NCBI RefSeq assembly: GCF_003918875.1 | Contig: NW_025767587.1 | Coordinates: forward strand, 186,001 to 250,000 | Direction: 5' to 3' | Source of the DNA: Haliotis rubra | Taxonomy: Eukaryota | Length of the DNA stretch: 64,000 bases | In this document: positions 53,755-64,000 of the stretch, one piece after another | Numbering within the stretch: the stretch's first letter is position 1 | How the letters are laid out: each line of letters begins with the position of its first letter | Made by a program: the position numbers and the translations under genes | Notes under the pieces: model-generated | Databases searched by the model: none | The model's input: the letters and a program-made list of their open reading frames with translations, nothing else | Told to the model about the DNA's origin: nothing

Positions 53755-55014
53755 ATGAAGTGGTACCTGCTGGCCGTGTGCGTCATCCTCCTTGGACAAG
53801 GAGAAGCTACGCCTGTGGAAGGTAGGTATCCCGGGGTGTTTAATGGTTGGTGGGGTAGCCGACACGGGTAAACGTTTGCCAATCAAGTCGGATTCGACTT
53901 CGTCACTTGGTGCAATGTTTGACGTCATTGTTGTTGTCCGTCACAGTGGTGATGCGTGGTCATGGCGACGTTGAATGTCGGACGTGTTCCAGAACGATGA
54001 TGAACGATGGGTTAGCCTAGCGGTTATAACGTCCGTTCGTCACGCCGAAGACCCGGGTTCGATTCCCCAAATGGGTACAATGTGTGAAGCCCATTTCTGG
54101 TGTCCCCCGCCGTGATGTTGCTGGAATATTGCTAAAAGCGGCGTAAAACAATACTCACTCCAGAACGATGACTAGAGGTTCTGTGAATTCTGCTCTTCAT
54201 AGGGCTGCTTTGAGTGGGCATAATAAGCGTCTGGTTGTCTGGCTCATAAACAGAACATTGCTGGAATTTTTGTCTCGAATATGTCATGCCTCTTGCAAAT
54301 TTCGTGCAATTCGAACAACATCTCGATTGCTTTTCCCAGCAACTCCATCATGCATAAGGGCATGGATTTGGCGCATTTTAAATATGCAAATAATTTATTA
54401 TTATTTTGAATAAATATGGATTTGTCTCCTTTTTTAGGCAGACTATATTTCTCGAAGCAGTTGGTGAATTTTTGTCTCTCTTAAAAGTTCGATACTGAAT
54501 GGTTTGTCTCTCGTGTTCTCTAGACGTGCAGCCCGGGGCTCCTCAAGGTTTGTTCCGGGCAACCAGCGGTGTAGAGTACGTCAAGGATGGGGAAGAGCAG
54601 AACGACGATGCTGGCGGGAATGATGAAGATGGTGATGAAGAAAATGGCGATGATGACGAGAATAACGAAGATGAGGACGAGGAGAATGATGATGGTGGCG
54701 AAGATGATGAGAATAAGGTAGAGTCCAAAGAGGAATCATTCTGGGAAAAGTACAATGTAAGAAGACCCAAAAACTGGAAAAAGATGGGCCATAAGCGAAG
54801 GCATCGTTACAAAAAAGAAATTATGGAAAAGGCAGAGAAGCATGGTAGATCAGAGAACAAAGGCGGTAAGAAGATATCACGGAAGGCAAAGAAGATGATG
54901 GACATTGGGAAAGAACTCATAAAAGGTAGCCATAAATTGAAAGAGGCCGGGCAGGAAATCCGCAGCATGGCGGAAGACGTTGCACGTATTGTTAAACGTT
55001 TTCGCTCAGATTAG
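53755..55014 (+). CDS. Secreted 185-aa protein with acidic D/E/N block and Lys/Arg-rich helical C-terminus
   Basis: Exon 53755-53821 reads MKWYLLAVCVILLGQGEATPVE+G, then GTAGGT (phase 1). Exon 54524-55014 follows a TCTCTAG acceptor and is in frame. AATAAA at 55041. Confidence 0.87.
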
Positions 55015-56404
55015 GTGACCTTGAACTTCACCAGAGGATCAATAAAGATTCAAGAGCAATGATATAAGGCTTTCTTTGTGTACCGATATGGACTTCCTGG
55101 GGGTTGGTTGGGGGTTGGGTGGGTGGGTGAGAGAGTGAGAAAATGAGAAAGAGAACCGACGACAAGCGAGAAGGAGAGGAGGGATAGAGAACGCCGCAAA
55201 AAGTGAGTGAGTTTAGTTTTACGCCGCTTTTAGCAATATTCCAGCAATATCACGGCGGGGACACCAGAAATGAGCTTCACACATTGTACCCATGTAGGGA
55301 ATCGAACCCGGGTCTTCGGCGAGAGAGACGAAAGAAGGGTGGGTGGGTGGGTGAGCGATGATATTTCAGCGCATGCAGCTATTTGCAATTGGGTATATTT
55401 TTTATGACTCGTTGTGTCTTTCAGAACAGTTTCCTTGACGAGTAGAAGGCACATCTGCAGTTAAAACTACATAAATGGTTTTCTGAAAATAAGCGATGAC
55501 CAAAGGGTTTTGTTAGAAGGGATAGCCTGTCCAGGTCCCGTGGTAGCACTCGTCATATATGCATTCCCACAGTGTTGCCTGATCTCTGGGGAAAGCAGCC
55601 AGTAAACAATTGGCAATAAAGCGACCAATGATGCAAAAAATACACTGACGCCATGGCACATTATCTGTAACAAATTCTATCGATTATTTATTAGTCCCAT
55701 GAAAATCCTGGTTAGAATTGATCTTCAGCGACCCATGCTAAGGGGATCTGGTGGTCAGGCTTGACTTCGTTCACATGCTACCGTTTCCCAACTGCGTAGA
55801 ACGACGATCATAATGTTGATCACTGGATTATCTGGTCTAGACTCGATTATTTACCGACTGCCGCCATATAGCTGGGATATTGCTGAGTGCGGCGTAAAAC
55901 AACAAACAAATGAAAAACAAACTTATTGTATTCGAATCTTAGACAGAAACACAGCTTCAACCTTTTCTCCCTGAATCCAGACAATATTAGCTTCACAAGT
56001 ATCCCAGGTTTGTCTGCAACTAGGATTTCAGGGCCAAATAGACTTGTTGTACCTTAGGCTTGCCCCTTGAGAGGATACCGGGTGTTCGTGAAAGGTGAAA
56101 CCCTTTCTGCCCAACCGGTTGTACCGTCACAAACACACGAAAAGACAAGTCAATTAGTCACCTAAACACTGGAACTAGTACTGCAAGCCAAAAGAGGAAT
56201 TACATGAGACGTAACCTTTGTCACATATATGTAAAATTTTATAATGACAAGGGCGGTAGGGTAGCTTAGTGGTTAATGCGTTCGTTCGTCATGCCGATGA
56301 CCCGGGTTCGATTCCCCAAATGGGTACAATGTGTGAAGCCCATTTCAGGTGTCCCCCCGCCATGATATTGCTGGAATTTTGCTTTAAAATAGTGGCGTAA
56401 AACC

Positions 56405-56919
56405 CATCCTCGATAATCTCCAGGGTATACGTTAGGATAACTCTCCACTATACCCTGGATGCATCCATGGATTGGGGCGATGATTTTATTACCTCCCTTG
56501 GCTGGCTTTTTATCCAATCAGGCGCCTACGCTGGGAAGTTGAGCGTACCACTCACAACTCACTCTCGCTTCTTAAATTATCTAACCGTTTAAACTTGGCA
56601 ACACAATTGATGCAGAGGTACTCTGTAAGAAGTAGAAGGAGTTCTTTTATATATTTTTTTAAAGTTTCAGATCTGTGAATTTGTCTTTATTATTTCCTCA
56701 AAAATCTGAGTGGCACAGCGAACAAACCTTCGCGACTGCGACCGCTATCTTTGTTGATACTGGCAAGCTCGGATGTAACGGCGGCTTAGCTGATTGGCTA
56801 CTGTGAGAATGCGGAGCCAGTCAAGGGAGGTAATAAAATCATCGCCCCCAAGTCATGGATGCATCCAGGGTTTAGTGGAGAGTGATCGTAACGTATACCC
56901 TTGGAGATTATCGAGGATG
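56405..56919. mobile_element. Mutator-like MITE inserted in a SINE tail
   Basis: ~100-bp TIRs starting CATCCTCGATAATCTCC; 9-bp TSD CGTAAAACC. Confidence 0.85.
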
Positions 56920-59900
56920 CGTAAAACCATACTCACTCAACTAAAATGATAATGATAGAGTAGCTTCTTCAAGGTGATTTGATCACTCATGATCTACGAA
57001 ACCTGATACTGAAAGCATCCTTCGTCTCCTGGACCTCCGTACAAGCAATACATGACTTTTAGCGAAACAAAATATGTATACGTATCCATTTTCTGTCAAC
57101 TACACTTCGAGGCGTGAGTAGACGCAGTATGACAATGGCTGCTGTGAAGAATTCCGGACGAAGTTATAAATATCGGAGGGACACATGACTTCACTGCAGC
57201 TAATAGAAACATTCTGTTTTAACATTTGGGGTAAAATTACGTTGACAGTGATCGTTATGATATAAGAAAGAAAACCAACACAGGTTCCCATATTAGAACA
57301 TACTTCCGTTTTACATCGAAGATAGAAACTGCCAGTCTTGTGGTTTGAGTTGGCCGCCATTAGGATCCCGACCGAAGTAGCGGACTGTTATTTTAGTCAG
57401 CTAAGTCTGGATTAAAAACATTGTTCTCATAGCAAGTTGATTGTTGGAACTGTTATTTTAGTCCGTGGTCCGTAATTGAGAGTCCGGATTATATAGCAAG
57501 CTTTTATGATAAATTAAGAACAATTTTGCGGGGACTCAAAGAGTAGTCCGGATTATGGGGGAAACTGGATTACACAGAGTCCGGATTTGACAGATTCCAC
57601 TGTATACAGTGAACCAATATTGATGGACATGTTCTTGAATGGATTACGACACGACACGACACGTCAAGCTAATGTTCTTGTCAGATAATACTCATCCGGT
57701 TTGTGAGTTGGGTTTAAGGCTGCTTAGAGCTGTAATACTGTCATATTACAGAGTGTCTGCTTAATGTGGGAGAGAACCCCGAAGTTATGTAGTGTAAGGT
57801 GCTTACCATATTAGTGAAACATACCAGCACGGCTTTGATGCTGACAACACAAGAGATGCCATTGCGGAGAACAGATATTTGTCCCTTCTGTCATAGGTTT
57901 CAGGCCTGTCTAAGTGGGGCAACTCTGAAGAGTAAATTGCCTTGACTTCGGCCGTCTTGCCCCTTTAGCAGATTGACAGATATTAGTTGATTTTCTCGTG
58001 AATACATTTTGTCATTTTTGAAAAAAAATGCATTAAAAATATTAAATAATTTAAATCATTAGATACCCCATCTACGCGGATTAACGCAACGTTAAGGGTT
58101 TTTTCCATTGCTGTGAATTTCAGGCGTTCTACTCTGGCTATTATGTTAAAATACGTATCCAAAAGTCATGTGAATCTAGGGTTCAAAACTTGGGATGCCT
58201 CCAGGGATGGTACATTTTGGTGAAGAAAATGGATGCATTGTCAATCTATCTTTTGGTTTAAATGGAGTCAATTTATTACAGATATCAAAGTTATTTTTGT
58301 AATAAGTCGCATGGAAATAACATATTGGAAGTTGTGGCGAAAGTGGAATTGTTACACACACACACACACGCACACACGCACGCACGCGCGCACACACGCT
58401 CACACACACACACAAAAGGAAAACCAAAACATACATACAGACGTACATGGTAAATGAAATTATAAAAATAAACCGAATTTGTTGCCGGGACTCCCCGATA
58501 TCCCACATCGCCTGGTGTTGAATCATGCTGGACTTAAGGTCGGGTTAACTTAAAAGTCATACACATATTGTTGACTGCAGAGACAAAAACAACTTATACA
58601 CACAGTTGACACGAATCATTTTCACACAAACACTTGTAACAAATCACACACAGACACTTGCAACTAGAATGTGTGTGTTCATATAGAGGATCCAGACAAA
58701 GTGGATGACTGACTGAGTTTGGTTTTACGCCGCTTTTAGCAATATTCCAGCAACATCACGGCGGGGGACACCAGAAATGGGCTTCACACATTGTACCCAT
58801 GTGGGGATACAAAGTGGATGAACACCAAACATATGGTTACGTACATTGTTTCTCTGTTCACAGATAATTATGTATATTATTATAATCTATTTATATAGCG
58901 CCGAGTTCCAGCTAGGCTGCTCACAGGCGCTTTGTTTTTCCCACGATCATAGGACGTCAGTCTCAACGGCACTTCGTATTATCAATCTCAACTCCCTGGG
59001 GGATCATACAACACTTGCAGCCACTAGGCGCACCGAGTTAATGTGGCTTTCCATCCTTACGAGGTATACCAATTCACAGCTGGGTGGACTGGGACACATA
59101 GTCACAGTATTTTGTCCAAGTACACTGAAACGTTGCTGTACCCGCAACTAGGTGTTTGCCACCATTTGATCATTTACCAGCGGATTCGTGGGTTCTTTTA
59201 AGTGCACAGGGTTGTGTACTGTACACTAGGGGTTGTGACAACACTGAAAGAGTACCAAGGTTTTTACACCCGGTCACAGGTGGGCTCGATCCCGGTACCT
59301 CAAACTCGCTGGATTACTAACTTGGCGCCTTAGACAGCTCGCCCACCGCGGCCTCCACTACCATGCTGAGTAAGGTCGTGGGTTCGATCCCCGACCGCGT
59401 CATACCAAAAGACGTTAAAATATGGTACTTGTTGGTCCCTGCCTGGCGCTCGGCATTAATGGGTACAACAAGGACTGGTCGGCTCGGAGTCAGTTTAATG
59501 TGTCTGAGTGGGGTATTCATGCTTCACTGCGGCGTGGTATCTCAGTGGGCTAGCACTATAAAACCAGCTTAAGTCTGGGCTAGTACAAGCAGCCGCACAT
59601 ACACATACACACGCATGCACGTCGTCATATGAGCGAAATATTCTCAAGCACGACATAAAACCCAGTTTCAGCTCACCTCACCTCACCTCACCATACTGAG
59701 TACTCTAAACCTTTCAGATTAGCTAAACAAGGTCACATATTTTCGCCAAGACAACCCTCAATAGAGAGCACGTTATCACCACGACCTCATCACCCACGCC
59801 ATGTCAAACGTCTGCACGCGCACGCACACACGCACACGCACAGGCCCATGCACACACACCGCTTCGTTTTAAAACACTTCTCGCCCACCGACACAAAAGT

Positions 59901-60288
59901 ATCAAGTACCAATGGCATTTAAACATTTACGAATACAATAAATACAACACTTAACTTTAAAACATAGAAGTAAAAATGTGAACTCAAAGAAATATTTTAT
60001 TTGAAACCTATGAAATAATCATTTAAACGCAGGATCTGGTATCCTGGTTACGGATGAAAAAAAATGTTTGGCTAATAGAATTAGTGTTTGTAAAAATGAA
60101 TAACGATGTATTTGTGGCCGGGCCGGCCACGACTTCACTTTCTAGTGCAGTTTTAATAAGTTTTTAAAACTTATCTATTTTGAGTATTCCATTGTCACGA
60201 TGTTATTCCACGAGACTTATCTTATCTAACATATAAAATACCTCTCGTCAGAGATGTGGTCTCTTGTACAGAACATATTTCTGAAAAC

Positions 60289-62357
60289 ATGAAGCTGGTG
60301 TTTGCTCTTCTGCTCGTTGGGATTGCTGTGGTAAGATTTCAGTTTTAAAACAGACATATTGATTAAAACATCACAAGCAGAATTTTATCCCTTAGGTAAA
60401 TAAGGATCTGCTTATGTGTATGCGAGGACCAGTTTCGAGCGTTGTATGGTCCTTGGTTTGCGAGAACACTGCGCATGTTCGTGGTTTTACCAAAGCTCTA
60501 AGCGTATAACTGTAAATAATAACGCTTATGTAACGTTAGAGGTCAACTCGCTCACCACTTAAAGAGGTGATGTGCGGTGCTTAAAAAATGGTAATACCGA
60601 ATACTGCTAATGTGGCGCTGAAACATTTTGTGTACATAATAATTTATTATGTTGATGTTTATAGGCTCAGTATCCAAATAACTACCGCCCTGATCGAATC
60701 CACGGCTACACGTTTGATTACCACTCCTATGCTGTAAGTATAATTCAACTTAAAGGTGTTCCACACATTATTGTATTTCATGACTGGTTTCGTGAGTAAG
60801 TTGCTCTTGCGTTTGACTTGAAAACCATATTTTTCTCTGAAACCGTTATACTGCTGCAGGGTTTTATAGCACCGACTTGTTGGTGACTATGAAAATAGAT
60901 CCAACTGACGAGCTTCCTCTTTATACTTCCAGCCTTCTGGTTCTCGATCTTTCTAATAGACCCGTGAAGATCCGGGCTAGAATATTGATCTTCAGTAACC
61001 CATGCTCGTCGTAAGAGGCGACTAACGGGATCGGGTGGTCAGGATCGCTGACTTGGTTGACACATGTCATCAGTTCCCAATTGCGCAGATCGATGCTCAT
61101 GCTGTTGATCTCTGGATTGTCTGGTCCAGACTCGATTATTTAAAGACCGCCGCCATATAGCTGGAATATTGCTGAGTGCGGCGTAAAACTAAACTCACTC
61201 ACTCTTTCTAATATGTCGCTGCATCACTCTGGGACTCTTTTCTGATAAGGCTTACAACAGTTCTTACTCTAACATCCACCATGTCTTAAAGACAACCCTC
61301 TTTGAACGTTACAAGTGACTATTCAGTCCACTATTTCCCTTTGTTTGCAAACAAGTCACATGTGCCATATATTGATCTCATGTATGTGTCTTGGGCATAT
61401 CTGTTTTGGGGTAGCCCAGTGGTTAAAGAGTTCGCTTGTCTCAACAAAGACCCGGGTTCGATTCCCCTCGTGAATACAAGATTGATATGACTGGTGTCCC
61501 CTGCCATAATATTGCTGGAATATTGATACAAGCGGCGTAAAACAGTTATCAACGAAAGGTATTCCAAGATCAGGGTGACGTTGAATAAGAATATGGAAAT
61601 GCTAAAAAATATGGTAACATGTCCCGTTAATGATGGAGAATGTACGGCGCTATATATTGCTCATGTTTGTTCAGAAAATTGCAACAAAACAAATCGCACA
61701 TACTCGGCTATAAGGAAGTATGAGGCCTTTGGTAAACATCTTCACGAACTAAGTCAATATAGGGGACATAATCTTGAATATCTTTTACACGAACCATGGC
61801 AGGGTTGTCCAAAAACAGGCGAAAATATGGTACATTGATGTTGCCCTTCCTGGCACGTCATTAATGTTATAGTCGGAGCCAGGGTACATGATCTGGTCTC
61901 AGGATCAATGGTAACCTGTGGCATGCTGCCTCAGTACACCTTAGCCTAGTGGTTAAAGCATTGGCTCGTCACGCCGAGTACCAGGGTTCGATTCCCCAAC
62001 ATGGGTGCAATGTGTGAAGCCCATTACTGGTATCCCCAGCCGTGATATTGCTGGAATATTGCTGGGATATTGCTGGAATATTGCTAAAAGTGGCGTAAGA
62101 CCATACTCACTCACTCAGTTGGCGAGCACTGTAAAACCGACAACAGTTGAACACAAACTGACGCAGACACACACACCGACAGAACAGACTAATACAAAAC
62201 TATAAAATCACACAGGGACACTGGCGCGCAGACACTTATCGCGTTGATTTACTTTCAGGATTTGCTGGTGGTCACCAACACCAGCACCTGCGTTCTGGTG
62301 TCCCTCCCTGGGAAGGATGACGAAATGAGGGACCTCCAAGAACGCTACAAGATTGAA
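60289..62357 (+). CDS. BL6: secreted BRICHOS-like small protein (exons 1-3; exon 4 beyond window)
   Basis: TATAAAA at 60232. Exons: 60289-60330 MKLVFALLLVGIAV; 60665-60733 AQYPNNYRPDRIHGYTFDYHSYA; 62259-62357 DLLVVTNTSTCVLVSLPGKDDEMRDLQERYKIE. All GT-AG, phase 0. Confidence 0.83.
60959..61202 (+). mobile_element. Headless retroposon family 2 (~245 bp), representative copy
   Basis: Starts GACCCGTGAAGATCCGGG; shares the GCTGGAATATTGCT..GCGGCGTAAAAC tail with family 1; TSD TCTTTCTAATA. Other copies: 2771-3020(-), 3101-3356(-), 10652-10866(-), 19326-19552, 24628-24898(-), 31137-31373(-), 38661-38880, 55697-55910. Confidence 0.88.
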
Positions 62358-62437
62358 GTACGGTACCCTGTTAATCTTAAAATGCTTCATCGCGTCTCAA
62401 TCTGTTCACTTACCTTCATCCTTTGAAACATAGATTC

Positions 62438-63745
62438 CTCATCATCTCTCAACACCCATTAAATGCCCCTCCAATACACCCTTCAGTACTCATCGACACA
62501 CCTCATCATCTCTCAACACCCATTAAATGCCCCTCCAATACACCCTTCAGTACTCATCTCTCAACACCCACACCCCTCATCATCTTCTCAACACCCATCA
62601 TAAATGCCCATTAAATGCCCCTCCAATACACCCTTCAGTACTCATCGACACACCTCATCATCTCTCAACACCCATTAAATGCCCCTCCAATACACCCTTC
62701 AGTACTCATCGACACACCTCATCATCTCTCAACACCCATTAAATGCCCCTCCAATACACCCTTCAGTACTCATCGACACACCTCATCATCTCTCAACACC
62801 CATTAAATGCCCCTCCAATACACCCTTCAGTACTCATCGACACACCTCATCTCTCAACACCCATTAAATGCCCCTCAATACACCCTTCAGTACTCATCGA
62901 CACACCTCATCATCTCAACACCCATTAAATGCCCTCAATACACCCTTCAGTACTCATCACCACACCTCATCATCTCTCAACACCCATTAAATGCCCTCCA
63001 ATACACCCTTCAGTACTCATCGACACACCTCATCATCTCTCAACACCCATTAAATGCCCTCCAATACACCCTTCAGTACTCATCGACACACCTCATCATC
63101 TCTCAACACCCATTAAATGCCCTCCAATACACCCTTCAGTACTCATCGACACACCTCATCATCTCTCAACACCCATTAAATGCCCCTCCAATACACCCTT
63201 CAGTACTCATCGACACACCTCATCATCTCTCAACACCCATTAAATGCCCTCCAATACACCCTTCAGTACTCATCGACACACCTCATCATCTCTCAACACC
63301 CATTAAATGCCCCTCCAATACACCCTTCAGTACTCATCGACACACCTCATCATCTCTCAACACCCATTAAATGCCCCTCCAATACACCCTTCCAGTACTC
63401 ATCGACACACCTCATCATCTCTCAACACCCATTAAATGCCCTCCAATACACCCTTCAGTACTCATCGACACACCTCATCATCTCTCAACACCCATTAAAT
63501 GCCCCTCCAATACACCCTTCAGTACTCATCGACACACCTCATCATCTCTCAACACCCATTAAATGCCCCTCCAATACACCCTTCAGTACTCATCGACACA
63601 CCTCATCATCTCTCAACACCCATTAAATGCCCCTCCAATACACCCTTCAGTACTCATCGACACACCTCATCATCTCTCAACACCCATTAAATGCCCCTCC
63701 AATACACCCTTCAGTACTCATCGACACACCTCATCATCCCTCAAC
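62438..63745. repeat. ~64-bp minisatellite in BL6 intron 3
   Basis: CCTCATCATCTCTCAACACCCATTAAATGCCCCTCCAATACACCCTTCAGTACTCATCGACACA x ~20. Confidence 0.95.
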
Positions 63746-64000
63746 ACCTTAAAAAACACCCACTACATGCTCCAACATCCCTTCTACCCCTTTACACCTC
63801 TCAACACATCTGACACGCTTCAACACCCACCATCGAAAATCAACGCTGCTCAACGCTCATCAGCATTCCCGAGCACTAAAAACCAATCCTCAACGCTATT
63901 CATTGCTCTTCAACGCACTCACAACGCTCCTCGACAAACACACACACACACGCCATCATACCTCAACAGGGCGCTTGGGTAGCCTAGTGGTTAAAGCGTG

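Noticed and set aside
62423-63982. Numerous overlapping ORFs
   Set aside because: Translations of the 64-bp minisatellite

Overview
Eukaryotic, AT-rich, repeat-dense genomic DNA with two N-gaps. The SINE repertoire suggests a marine mollusc, most likely a gastropod such as abalone (inference). Most ORFs in the supplied track are antisense or repeat artefacts; the real genes are spliced and were assembled by hand. (1) A cluster of six paralogous 4-exon genes, called BL1-BL6 here. All introns are phase 0 and exon 1 is a 42-bp signal-peptide exon. The products are ~121-129-aa secreted proteins with two conserved Cys in a pattern resembling a stand-alone BRICHOS domain. BL3 is inactivated by a retro-insertion in exon 1, and BL6 runs off the window. 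(2) Three secreted low-complexity proteins sharing a layout of non-coding exon, signal-peptide exon (phase 1) and one large exon: a pleiotrophin/midkine-like domain + furin site + Asp/Glu/Tyr repeat protein; a 972-aa Gly/Arg/His repeat protein; and a 185-aa acidic-then-basic protein. The rest is SINEs of several families, decayed Tc1/mariner and LINE pieces, MITEs and satellites. Main hypothesis: a secretory locus (mucus, adhesive or shell) pairing client-less BRICHOS-like chaperones with disordered, charge-patterned structural proteins.
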